Positions 46,918 through 60,300 of a stretch of 64,000 nt of DNA are shown piece by piece. Position numbers and translations under genes: made by a program. Position 1 is the stretch's first letter, and each line of letters starts with the position of its first letter. Source of the DNA: Macrostomum lignano. Taxonomy: Eukaryota. The stretch covers positions 209,925 through 273,924 of the forward strand of contig NIVC01001525.1 in NCBI GenBank assembly GCA_002269645.1, written 5' to 3'. The notes beneath the pieces are model-generated. The model saw nothing but the letters and a program-made list of their open reading frames with translations, did not search any database and was not told where the DNA came from.

Positions 46918-48099
46918 TGTGATAAATAGGCAATTAGATAATAGCATGCACGGTAAGCAATTATTTAGGCCCTAGACAAACCTACTTGGAGCGTTCGGAG
47001 ATTTTAAAGCTATTAATCCTAATCGCCTATCGCCGGTCGGCGAGTTCTACCAGTCTTTCTCCAATAGCCGCAGGTACAGTACAAGAAAATAAAGAACACG
47101 AGGAAACACAACCGAAAGATTTAGAGAGTGATAATCCTATTTCAAGAATAGCTAACTTGATTGACGGTTTAATTTGATTAGCTGAGTTACAAGATTTAGA
47201 CAAACGGCGCAGATAACTAGAGTTGACAAAACGATAATAACGGTTAATAAATAATGATTATATACGCACTGACAAGCGGATCTTAGCTTGAAGAAGAAGG
47301 AGGCACCGAACACAGGACCACGGAGAAGACTCCTAACCCCTGGCCTAAGCCAGAACCTACTCTCAAACGAGAGCCCTGCCGAACCGACCGTTCAACGGAG
47401 TACCGACTAAGTTCTATCGGCACTGCCCTTCAGTGTAACACTGGGGCCCTCGGGGTCGAGGCCGCGTACTTGATCAGATCCGACAGTCTCTATCTAACCG
47501 CGCTTGATAGCGACGACTTCAGACAGGAATTTGCCGTAGACGTTACGCCACAAGACTACTGCGGTTGGGCGGGGACAAAGATATGGACCGGGGGTGACGA
47601 AATCAAAACGCCTCAAAGCGCGAATCGAGGGGAGGAAAATCGGGCCACCGGCCGGGAACTGGACAAGACAAACCGGGGAAAAGGAGGCGAGAAGGAAAAA
47701 GTGAGATCCGATTGCCAAACACACTTTCATATATAGTCAGAGTCAACCCCTCACAAAACCCCCTCAAGCCGGGTGGTGGTCGTCTGGCCGGCCGCTTGCT
47801 AAGCCGAATTGAACTGTGCCCGCGGCGCCGGGTAGAATTGAAACTTGCCGCGTGCCAGGGTCCAGGCCGGTTCTGATTGGCTGACCGCGCAAAGCTGGGG
47901 TTCGCAGACAAACTCAACCCTCCGCTGAGTCACAAATTTGGCGTCTAACTCTAACCTGTTTACAATTTTAGATTTCAACCAACTAGAAAAAGTACACAAA
48001 AAACGCATGACTAAACAAGCAAAATAACAATTCAATAACAATATAGAAACTAATGCAGTCAATTTACAACAAAATACACGCAAAGATGCTCACACTACA
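46918..48099. mobile_element. Solo LTR (1182 bp) with 4-bp TSD CAGT
   Basis: TG...CA ends; CAGT at 46914-46917 and 48100-48103; closely similar to 818-2012. Confidence 0.92.
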
Positions 48100-50072
48100 C
48101 AGTGGTTGCAAAACAGAAGCCTTTTTTAAGCGAAAAAAACATGAAATTTCAAAATGAATTGCAGTCTAACTTATTTACTCGTAAATACTTTCTAGCCCAT
48201 ATTGGCCTTCAGTGGCACTGGGCTTGGCTTGTTCACTAGTGGAACTAGGCCTTATTTAGATAATAATAAAAATTTAGACATTTAAACAAAACAATATGCA
48301 CATTTAACAATTTTTAAGGTCAGTCTTAATTAATTGATTTAGTTACAAACAAAAAGATTTAATGTTCAAATATTTTATATGGCTTAAACCTATTTTAATA
48401 GAAAGAAAGTTTTTATTGGGTGTGTCTAGGAATTTTAATTAGAATGATATATAATAAGTTAATGGATAAAAAGGGACTAAATTAAATATATTTGAGGCTA
48501 AAATAGAAGACAATATTCAAACTATATAGGGCCAATATGGCTAAAATTACATTTTATTAGACAAAAATAGTCCCAAGATATCACTAAGATACCTATAGCT
48601 GGGATAGAGGTTATAAAAATGATGAAGCAAAAAAAGTAAACATAGTTATTATTACTACAGATTTTATATATACTCTCTTATTTTTATTTGCTTCAGTTGC
48701 AAATAAAAATTCTAGACTAGGCCTATTAGGCCTATGGATTTGTAGAATTGCGAAAATAATTGAGGCGTGAAACGCGGTGGTTCAATTGCTTGAATTTTTC
48801 TTTAATTGTTTTCCGTGTGGAAAAGAAGAGAGAGTTGAATAATTGCGTGTTAGGGTGCTGTATATTTATATTCGTGTTAAAAGAACATTCCGGAATCCGG
48901 AAAGTTCGAGAAGCGGTATTTAGAAAGGGGTGCGCGGGAGTGCAAAATACCAAATATAGAAAGTGCGTGTTTACGCGGAAGTTTCTAGAATATAAGTAAT
49001 TGTTACTGTACGCTATCTTATACCGTATACGCGCGTTGTTCAGTTGGAGAAGCATGTTATAGAATATTATAGAAAATAGAAATACGCTACAATACTTATA
49101 ATATAGTGAATACGCTACAGATTAATGCCTACGCCTATATATGAATAGCATTTATAAGCTGCTAGCTACTCATAAATTGGAACTGGCTTTTTGGCTTTTG
49201 ACTAGGGACGAAGAACATATAAATTTATATTCGTTTATACCCCTAGTGCCATTTAGGTTGCAGGAATGTTGCAGTAATGTTGACACTCAACCAACGTGCA
49301 ATGGTTGCAGGAAGCTCTCATTTGACGCGCGTAACAACGTGCCTGCTCGGTTGCGGTGTCAACGTTGACACATCAACCTAAGTCAACCTTTGTGCAACCT
49401 TCGCTAGTAGGCTTATATACAGTATTATATTTGTAAGAATATATTTTGTATGATTGCCTAATGCAAAAATTCCATTAATGATCCGCAGCGGCTAATTGTT
49501 TCGTACTTTCCCGCATTAGGTGGAACTACCCGGAGCATAAATAATGAGTTAATAAATACGAGTTCTTAAGCCATAGACAATAACAAACATCGAAAAAAGT
49601 ATATCAATGCCTTTTTAATTTCCGTAATGGTTCGTTAAGTTTTTGAATGTACAGTGTATTTACTGAAACAGGAGAGCAATAGTATAAAAAGAAAAATTAA
49701 ATAGGTGAGCAAAAGCAACCGATTATGAGACTTCTGGCACTATAGATTATAGGTGTACATGAAAAAATGCTGGAACTTAGTCGTTTCTAATTAGTTATGC
49801 GATTAACTTCATAAATTTAGTCACTACTTAAGGTATAGTTCAGACAAACTGGGATGCATACTAGAAGTCTAAAAATTATTTTGCTGGAAAAACTGTTAAT
49901 TTTGCAGGGACAGATGGCTTAGCTATTTTGATAAAAGGTTCCCCTAATTGTCCAGGTAGGAAATCTTCTTGGCGAGGATAATTCTGGCCTCCTAAGTCGA
50001 ATTGAAATGTAACTCAGTTCGACCTATTCGGTATAAGGTCCAAACTGGAAGCTATTTTAGTTTAATTTAGAC

Positions 50073-50640
50073 TTAGAGAGAAAAAAGTTGAATGTCACCA
50101 GAAAAAACGATGACGTCAGTTTCCCCATTGTTATCGCTATCATCGTCGCCGCTGCCATCCCTCATGTTGCCCTTGTCTTCCTTGTCGCTAGATGGAGCTT
50201 GGCCACCAGGGAAAGCGGGAGTCTGCTGAGCATGATGGTGGACCATTGTCTGCCGAGTGGGTGTGGAAAGACGTTGTACTTTTCTTCGATGCCGGGTGCC
50301 CGCGTGGCGGAGATGGTCAGCGACAGCAGATTCTATTGCTTCACCTTTTGCATTTTTGTGACAGCTCCAGATAATGTCTGTGAGAGTAAAATTGTTTTGT
50401 CTGCAAAAACGCAATAATAAATACGTGCTTTAGTGCCCAATATGCTTGTCCAAGCACGAAAAACATTTTAAAAAGAATATCAACATTGTTTGCTCACTTT
50501 TAATGAAAGGCAGCACACTGGTGGATTCAAAACAGAGCTTTGCCACTCCAGATTGCTTGGCACTGCGGAGGCTGAATAGGCATGCTAGACTGTTGTCCAG
50601 AATGTGAAATAGGATGTTTGATACTGATTTCGGCAAATTC
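50073..50640 (-). CDS. Last two exons of a DUF4806/BEN-like accessory gene of the CCC-ended transposon
   Basis: VSNILFHILDNSLACLFS...KLCFESTS spliced (phase 1) to IIWSCHKNAKGEAIESAVADHLRHAGTR, resembling the recalled DUF4806 pattern. Confidence 0.5.
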
Positions 50641-52445
50641 TAGCTTGTCAGCCGCTTGAAGAACAGAAACTGAAAGGAAAAGTTATAATAAAAATTTAAT
50701 TGCAGTACCGATGTTTCACAGTTCAGTGACATTGTCAACAACTGTCTACACCAGATCAGATATTTTTACACTTCTAACCAACACTTTAATGTACTTGTAA
50801 TGTCGTTATAATGTTTGCCTACTATAACCTTGTAGGACAAGTGGGCCTAAACAATGTTTATGATATAATGATCTAATCAAAAATGAGAAGTTAAAGACCT
50901 GCTTTAGTTATAGACCTGCTTATGTCTATAACTAAACTTTGCTAGAATTAAACAAAGTTTACTTTTTATGTTTGTGTTGACGTTTATTTTCTTACTATTT
51001 AAATGTTTAATTTTTACTTTTAAAACAATTAAATATTCACTAACTTATTTTAATTACCTGTAGCTGTGGCTATAGCCATGCCTGTGTGGTTTAAGTTCAC
51101 CACTATAGGAATGCCAGTATTAGATTCACCTTGTGATGCCTTGGTTTCATGCATAGGCCTATCACTAGTAATATCATTATCATTGTTAGTTACCATAAGG
51201 CCAACCAGGCAAGTAGAAAAATTCCAGGTGTAAGATAAAAAAGAAGCATTTTTTATATAATATTACAAATTGCAAAACAGCCTAGCTAGGGTAGGCCTAA
51301 GTCTAAGGCCTAATGAAGAAAGGTACAATTTTAAATAGAATAAAATGAAAATTATTGCCCTGCTTATGTCTATAACTAATACTTCGGAACAAACAACTAC
51401 TACAGCTACTTGGGAATTTAGATTAATGACCACAAGCCACAACAAACTACGTCTATAATGTCCAATGATTCTAATTAAAATGATTAATACAATACTTTCT
51501 ATTGGAACAATAAGAATTCAATAAACAAAAGTCAATACAAATAGTTATACTACTTGAAAAACACTGAATCGAAATATTTTACTATAGTAGATTGATTTAA
51601 ATCTAATTTAATTGACAGTTAGAAACGGACCCATTCACTGATTAAGACAGTAGGCCTAGGCTAATCTGTAAAATGGAGAGGAACAACCGTTACATTGTTG
51701 ACAAACCAATTTAAAATAAAAGTTTAAACAAAGTAGAATTAGTTACTTTAGAAAATTCTTCGAGCGATTTTGATTTACGACAATTTCGTTTATTGTGATG
51801 TTGGCGTTTTATGTCTACATGGCATTTCTTAGTAATTGCAACAAAATTATTTAAAGACTTTTGAAAAATGGCACAGGTTTAATCTTGAAACACACGTCAA
51901 CGTTTCCACAACCTTTCTGCAACTAATAGACAACAATGTTGATGAGCACAGTGCATTGACAACCATGTCAACGTTGCTGAAACAAACGATGGCACTAGGG
52001 GATAGTCCAATTATTGATAACTATTATTGGCTTGGTAAATAAATATAGTAGTTTCTTTGAGTCTTGAGTCTTTGAGTCTCAAGACTTTGAGTCTTGAGAG
52101 TTGGGGCATTCCGGCATATGATGATATGTCAGGCAGGGAATTTCAATGACAATATAGTAGTTGCCAAAACTATCAATAGGGACTGCTGCAATGCAATGCA
52201 ATGCAAATGTCAATGCTATAAAAGTGCCATAGGAGTATTTTATAGAGTTCACTAAGCAGCACTAACAACTCTGTTAAGTACTACACTTTCTCGAGGCTTG
52301 AGCACTTACTTATATCTAGCTAGTGACAAAATTTAAATTAGGTTAGACTTGGGCTCATTTAGTGCCTCGGTGCTGTACTTTAGATAGCCTAAGAATGATG
52401 TGCAAGCATGAGGCGGCGAAAATAAGACGCTTATAATCGTTAAAG

Positions 52446-53197
52446 GGGTCTCCCTAAAACACGCCCCGCACCGCCCTGCAGCGCTACACATTAAAACAAA
52501 TTGGACTATAACTGAAGACAGTTCAAAATGCTTTTTATGTTAAGCTTCAAAGTTTTTATTAAATTTAGTTTTTTTACTTTGAAATATAAAATTCGGTGAG
52601 TAATAAGTGATATTAATAATAATATTAATAAAATAATCATAATATAATTTAATAATGAAAACGAGAATATAAAAAATAAAATAATATTTAAAATAATAAT
52701 TAAAGATATTTATTCCATTACTCTTACAACAATAAATAGTTTTTCTTGCAATCAAATACTGCATTGACAAAAAATGTTATAATGTGTAGCGGTTCGGGCG
52801 GTGTGGTGCGTGGGGTCTCCCTAAAACACGCCCCGCACCGCCCCGACCGCTACACATTATAACATTTTTTGTCTATGCAGTATTTGATTGCAGAGAAAAG
52901 TATTTGTTGTAAGAGTAATGGTATAAATAAATTCAATTATCATTCTAAATAATAGCATTATTTTTCATTTTCTCATTTGTATTATAAAATTATAGTAGTG
53001 TTATTATTTTACTAATATTACTATTAATATCGCTTATTATTCATCGAATTGTATATTTCATAGTGAAAAAACTAAATTCGATACAAACTTGAAGCTTAAC
53101 AGAGAACTAACTAACTTTAAAATGTCTTCAGTTATAGCCAAATTTGTTATAATGTGTAGCGGTTTGGGGCGGCGCGGGGCGTGTTTTAGGGAGACCC
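52446..53197. mobile_element. MULE-like foldback MITE (inverted dimer) with 9-bp TSD
   Basis: TIR GGGTCTCCCTAAAACACGCCCCGC; TSD TCGTTAAAG at 52437-52445 and 53198-53206. Confidence 0.85.
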
Positions 53198-54149
53198 TCG
53201 TTAAAGCAGAACATTAATAATTTGCAAAACATTAACAAAGTAGACAATTCGCACAAAGACATTTTACAGGAAAAACACATTCAATTAAATTTGTTGAATA
53301 AACATGGCTTTATTGTTTCAAAAAAGTTACTTCGTGTCACGCAGATTCATTACTTTTTTTCACACTGTAATTGTCGAATTAGCAAAAATTTTTTGATATG
53401 ACTTTGATGTCGAAAAATCGAACTCTAGTCGATGGAAATTCAAAACCCGAAAACTAGCTTTAAAAGTTACTGTACTATATTTTTCACTGATTTAATTTAA
53501 ACATAATCCAACCAGTTTAATGACAAATTAACGATTTTTCAATTTCGATGCAAATTCGAAACCATCCCCTCGATTCGAAAGCTCCCTGCACAGCGGGAAT
53601 GCTTTTGTAGTACTTGTCATGAGGAGCTTTCAGGACGCAATTTTCAACTTTCCAGAAGGGGAGTCGATTTGAGAAAGTCCTCCAGCTAGGTACCCTTAAA
53701 TTTTACGGTATAAGGTCTAATCTACAAGTAAATGTACCAATATAATTTACCCGCATAAGAAATACACATTAAATATATATCTTTCGAGAAAACAGTAGCA
53801 GCATGAATATTCATACGAGTAACTAAGGTAAATTTATATAAATTTCTAATTTACTGTCATCATCACCATTACTCCATGCTTTGAAAATATACATCTACGA
53901 GTAGTACATGTAAGCTTCGAGCACCTAATAAATGTATTCGGTGCGATAATTTCCTGAACTCTTGCATGTACTGGGTGCATGCCTTCTTATAAAGATACTT
54001 AAATTTTTAATGAGGCTGTAGCAGAGCACTCAATATAGTTCAAATGAAAAGAAAGAAATAATGGTGACTCAATTGAACTATTAAATTTATTATTAATAAT
54101 TCTAGGTAATTTATTTAGTTGTAGAACTTGACAAATAATAATATAACTC

Positions 54150-54346
54150 TCTCTCTCTGTCTCTTCTGTATATACTAAAGTTGGTGCGATGTTTGTGTGT
54201 TTGTTTGTCTCTGTCGTATATACTAAAGTTGGTGCGATGTTTGTGTGTTTGTTTGTCTGTTGCATAACTCCTTCTAGTCTCTCTCTCTCTCTTCTCTTCT
54301 TCTCTCTTCTCTTCTCTTCTCTTCTATCTATCTATTCTATTTAATA

Positions 54347-54381
<35 letters not shown>

Positions 54382-57300
54382 AATACTAAATTTGGTGCGT
54401 TATTTGTCTGTGTGTGTGTGTGTGTTTGTTGGATAACTCCTCCTAGAATACTTGCAAGTCAGCGTTGAAACTTATGTGGGAAAACTGCAAATTTTCCGAG
54501 GATGGCTTTAGGCTATTTTAATCTTTTATTTTTACATTTTAAGATCCCTAAAAAAGCAGAAAACGGCAATTCTGACCTTTGATAATCTTAATTGTACCCT
54601 CTTTCTGCTCGGAGCTGAAAATTTGCATGAATTTTGAGTGATTACGCCACAACTTTTTCCTATGTCGCCAGTGCATTTTCTCTCCTGTGGGGGAATGGGC
54701 GCGTTCTCATGGGCGGCGTGTGTACAATTGGACCCTGGCTCACTGGCTGACTTTATAGACAATTGCGCAACTATTTGTGTTCTGTTTTTTGACAGGAAGC
54801 CCTGTGTATTTTTTGCACAGTGAAATTCAGTGCATTTTAATGCATAAACTTGCGAGCATCTTTAGCAGGCAGTGAACGTACACTCAATATTTCAATGCTT
54901 AAAATCAGAAAGTTTCAAACACTAACTGTTGCTCGAGTTTTGAACTTAGAGAGGAGAGACTTATATTGCTGGAAAGATCTTGCTGCGATGATTTCGGGGA
55001 TATAAGTTTTTTGCTTTAAATATGAAAATTAAATTCACAGCATTCAAGAAAAGATTTTCATACTTTTAGCTTTCTGCAAAGATTTTGCTCATTTTGGAGT
55101 TCAATGGGGTTCGACCGACCCCCCCCCCCAATAGTTAGTAGGGGGGGTTCAATTTCTAGCTGCACTGCGTATTGAAAGGGGGTCGGTTGCTGTGTATTGG
55201 AGGGCTGATTTAGATTGCGCAATCTTTTTGTTAACTTTAACCGACGCTGATACTGACTGCCTGATAAATAAGTTGCGCAATTTAATTGTTTCAATGTTTT
55301 TACGGCGCCTTTCAACACGCAGCTGTGTGTAGCTCTAACCCTAACCCTAACCCTAACCAATGAATTCTGAGGGCTGGGCTGTTTGACTGAGAAATTTCGA
55401 TTTAGTCCAGTTTCACGGAGAGGATTTCTATTTCGCGGAGAATATTTCGATGGTGTTCAGTTTCACGGAGAGGATTTCGATAGTGTTCAGTTTCACGAAG
55501 ACGATTTCTGTTGCGCGGAGAGGTGTTGGAAAATGGGATTCCGCTGATGGAGTTCAGGGAATGGAATTCCGCTGATTGGAGTTCTTCCCCTTTCTTCTCC
55601 GAAGGAGGAGTTGGCCTCTATATACTAAAGTTGACGCGTTGTTTGTCTGTCTGTCTGTGTGTCTGTCTGTCATTTCGACAACTCCTCCTTGAATAGTGCC
55701 AACTCAGCGTTGAAACTTATATGGGAAGATTGGAAATTATCCGAGGTCGGCTATAGGCTATTTTAATTCTGAAATTTTAATTTCTAAGATCCTCAAAAAA
55801 GCAGAAAACGGCGGTCTTGACCTTTGATAATCTTAATTGTCCCCTCTTTCTGCTTGGAGCTGAAAATTTGCATGAATTTCAAGTGATTGCGCCACAACTT
55901 TTCCCTATCTCTGCAGTGTATTTTCTCTCCAGTGGGGGGATGGGGCGTTCTAAATGGCTGCGTGTGTACACTTGGACCCTGGCTCACTGGCTGACTGTAT
56001 AGATAATTGCGCAATAATATGGCTACTGATAAGTTTTCTTGCCTCTCAATGGGCAGCCCTGTGTATTTGTTGGACCTTGAAATTCAATGCATCAACTTGC
56101 AAGCAGGCAGTGAACGTACACTCGATACTTCAATGCTATAAATCAGACAGTTTCAAACGCTAACTGTTCATCGAGTTTTAAACTTTGAGAGGAGAAACTT
56201 ATATTGCTAGAAAGATCTTGGAACGCTGAGTTCGGGGATATAAGTTGTTTGCTTTAAATATGAAAATCAAAAGCAAAGCATTTGAAAAACTATTTCCATA
56301 CTTTTAACTTTCTGCAAAGATTGTACTTTGATCTGCAGATTGTTGGGGGGGGTTCAACTTCTCACTGCTGCTGTGTATTGGAGGGTTGATTTAGATTGCG
56401 CAATCTTTTTCTTAACTTTTACTGAGACGGATACTGACTGACTGAGAAATCGGTTGCGCAATCAATTGATTTAATTGGTTCAACTTTTTATTTGAACACG
56501 CAGCTGTGTGTAGCTCTAACTCTAACCCTTCTATCTATCTATCTATCTATCTGTCTCTATCTATCTATCTATCTATCTATCTCTATATACTAAAGTTGGT
56601 GCGATGTTTGTGTGTTTGTTTGTCTGTTGCATAACTCCTCCTAGAATACTTGCAACTCAGCGTTGAAACTTATATTGGAAAACTGCAAATTTTCCGAGGA
56701 TGGCTTTAGGCTATTTTAATCTTTCATTTTTACATTTTAAGATCCCTAAAAAAGCAGAAAACGGCGGTTTTGACCTTTGATAATCTTAATTGTACCCTCT
56801 TTCTGCTTGGAGCTGAAAATTTGCATGAATTTTGAGCGATTGCGCCATAACTTTCTCCTATCTCTGCAGTGTATTTTCTCTCCAGTGGGGGATGGTCGCG
56901 TTCTCAGTGGCTGCGTGTGTACAATCGGACCCTAGCTCACTGGCTGATTGTATAGACAATTGCGCAACGATATGTGTTCTGATTTTCAATAGGCTGCCCT
57001 GTGTAGTTTTGGACAGTGAAATTCAATGAATAAACTTGCGAGCCTCCCACTGTTGCAGGCAGTGAACGTACACTCGATATTTCAATGCTTTAAATCAGAA
57101 AATTTCAAATGCTAACTGTTGCTCGATTTTTTAACTTTGAGAGGAGAGACTTATATTGCTGGAAAGAGTTTGTAGCGTTGAGTTCAGGGATATAGGTTTT
57201 TTGCTTTAAATATGAAAACTAAAAGCACAGCATTCAAAAACGATTTAAATACTTTTGCAAAGATTGTACTTATTTTTGCGATAGGTCAGAGATAAAGTTG

Positions 57301-60300
57301 GGGGGGGGGTTCAACTTCTACTTGCCACTGCGTATTGGAAGGGGCGGTGGCTGTGTATTGGATGGTTGATTTAAATTGCGCAATCATTTTGCTAACTTGA
57401 ACTGAGACTGATACTGGCTGACTGAGAAATCGATTGCTCAATCTGTTGCTTCAATTAGTTCAATTTTTTATTATTGGTGCCTTTCAACACGCAGCTGTGT
57501 GTAGCTCTAACCCTAACCCTAACCCTAGCCACTGAATCCTGAGAGTTGAGTTCTGTTTGACGGAGAAAATTTCGATTGAGTCCAGTTTCACGGAGAGGAT
57601 CTTTTTGTCTTCGGAGAGGAGTTGGATGATGCAACTCGGGTTATGGAATTCAGCTAATGGAGTCCAGGAAATCGAATTCCGGTGATGGGAATTCTTCCGA
57701 TGCGAGAGAAAAGAGAAAAGAGAACAGAGAAAAGAGATTATAGAAAAGAGAGTAGATATGAGAGAGGAGAGATTAGAGATTAGAGAAGAGAGGGGAGAAG
57801 ATGAAAGGAGCAAGGAGAGGAGAGAAGAGAGAATGAAGAGGATAGAAAAGAGAGAAGAGAAGAGACGGGATAGTGGAAAGGAGGAAAGAAAGATGGGAGA
57901 CAAGAAAGTAGAGTCTGAGAGCGTATATGAGATATGAGAAATGAGAGCAGAGAGGAGAGAAAAGAGAAGAGAGAGGGTTAAGAGAGACGATAGATAAGTG
58001 AGTAGAGATGACATATGAGAGAGGAGAGAAGAGGGAGAGATAAGAGAGAAGAGAGGAGACAGGAGACAGAAGTGAAGAGGAGAGATATGAGAGAAGAGAG
58101 GAGACAAGAGATAGGAGAGGGTACAGACGAAAGACGAGGGAGAAGAGATACATAAGGGAGTAGAGATAAGAGGAGAGAGAGGAGAGACTAGATATAAGAT
58201 AGCAAAGAAGAGAGAGCAGAGATGAGAGACTAGAGATGGAAAGCAGATTAGAGAGAAGAGATAAGAGACTACACTGTAGAGATGAGAGGGCAAAGAGGAG
58301 AGCAAAAAGGCTTTACAGAGGATTTGGAGATGATTTGGAAGATGGGATTCAAGTCATGGAGTTTCAGCTGATTGATTTCAGGGAATGGAATTCCGGTGAT
58401 GGGAGTTCTTCCCCTTTCTCCTCCGGAGGAGGAGTTCCACTCGTATATACTAAAGTTGACGCGTTGTTTGTCTGTCTGTCTGTGTGTCTGTCTGTCATTT
58501 CGACAACTCCTCCTTGAATAGTGGCAACTCAGCGTTGAAACTTATATGGGAAGATTGGAAATTATCCGAGGTCGGCTATAGGCTATTTTAATTCTGAAAT
58601 TTTAATTTCTAAGATCCTCAAAAAAGCAGAAAACTTGAATATTGACCTTTGATAATCTTAATTGTCCCCTCTTTCTGCTTGGAGCTGAAAATTTGCATGA
58701 ATTTCAAGTGATTGCGCCACAACTTTTCCCTATCTCTGCAGTGTATTTTCTCTCCAGTGGGGGGATGGGGCGTTCTAAATGGCTGCCTGTGTACAATCGG
58801 ACCCTGGCTCACTGGCTGACTGTATAGACAATTGCGCAAAGATTTGTGTTCTAATTTTCAATAGGCAGCCCTGTGATTTTGTTGAACCTTGAAATTCAAT
58901 GCATAAACTTGCGGGCCTCTTTAGCAGGCAGTGAACGTACAATCGATATTTCAATGCTTTAAATCAGAAAGTTTCAAACGCAAACTGTTGCTCGAGTTTT
59001 AAACTTTGAGAGGAGAGACTTATATTGCTGGAAAGATCTTGCAACGCTGAGTTCGGGGATGTAAGTTGTTTGCTTTAAATATGAAAAGAAAAAGCACAGC
59101 ATTTAAAAAACTATTTCCATACTTTTAACTTTCTGCAAAAATCGTACTCAGTTTTGCGAGACGTAATAGATAAAGTTGGGGGAGGGTTCAACTTCTCACT
59201 GCTGCTGTGTATTGGAGTGTTGATTTAGATTGCGCAATGTTTTTGTTAACTTTAACTGCGACTGATACTGACTGACTGTGAAATCGGTTGCGCAATGAAT
59301 TGATTCAATTAGTTCAATATTTTTATCAGTGCCTTTCAACACGAAGCTGTGCGTTCTAACCCTAACCCTAACCCTAACCAATGAATCCGGAGAGTTGAGT
59401 TGTTTGACGGAAAAAAATTCGATTGAGTCCAGTTTAGTGGAGACGATTTCAATGTTTTAATTTTGACGGAGAGGATTTCTGTTTCGTGGAGAGGATTTCG
59501 ATGGTGTTCAGTTTCACGGAGAGGATTTCGATGATGTTCAGCTTCACGGAGAGGATTTCTGTTTCGCGGAGATAATTTATGATTGATTTCTGTTTTATGG
59601 AGACTATTTTGATGGATTTAAGTTTCAAGGAGAGGATTTCGAAGGAGTCCAGTTTCACGGAGAGGATTTCGATGGTTTTCAGTTGCACGGACAGGATTTC
59701 TGCTTCGCGGAGAGGATCTTGATGGATTTGGCATCTTCAATCAGTCAGAGAAGAGAGTAAAGAGAAGAATGAAAAGAGAAGAGAGATGAGATGATAGTAA
59801 ACAGAGTAGAAATGAGTGGAGAGATTAGACATGACAGATGGGAGAGAAGAGGGTAGTAAGGCGGGAACGAAGGAAGAAAGAAGAGAAGAGGAGAGAGGAG
59901 ATGAAGGGAGAGGATATGAGAGAGGAGATATGAGATAGCAGAGAGGAGACAGGACAGAGAAGAAAAGAGGGATAAGAGCGCACAGAGGCAATAGAAGAGA
60001 GGAAAGAGAGGAGAGAGGTGAGAGGTGAGAGGAGAGAGATGAAAGATCAGAGATCAGAGATTTAAGAGAAGAAAGTAGTGAGGAGAAAGAAGAGGGTAAA
60101 GATGAGAGTGCAGAGAGGAGAGAAACGAGAGGAGACAGGTGGTAGAAAGGAGTGTAAAAAACAGGAGATAAGAAAGGAGAGGGTGAGAGTGAGAGCATAT
60201 AGGAAAGTGTAAAAGGGGAGCAGAGGAGAGAGAATAGATAAGTGAGTAGAGAAGAGATATGAGAGAGGAGAGATTAGAGATTAGAGAAGAGATGAGGGGA

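Larger units (their letters stand above)
42840..53597. mobile_element. 10,758-bp DNA transposon with CCCGCTGTGC termini and 3-bp TSD AAT (CMC/CACTA-like; no transposase recognised)
   Basis: TIR of about 32 bp (imperfect), TCGA-rich subterminal motifs, AAT at 42837-42839 and 53598-53600, empty site near 18607. Confidence 0.85.
39515..54016 (+). repeat. Segmental duplication of 1-19636 (each copy with private insertions)
   Basis: Collinear homology once the LTR, Polinton and 610-bp insert (copy A) and the 10.8-kb transposon (copy B) are removed. Confidence 0.93.
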
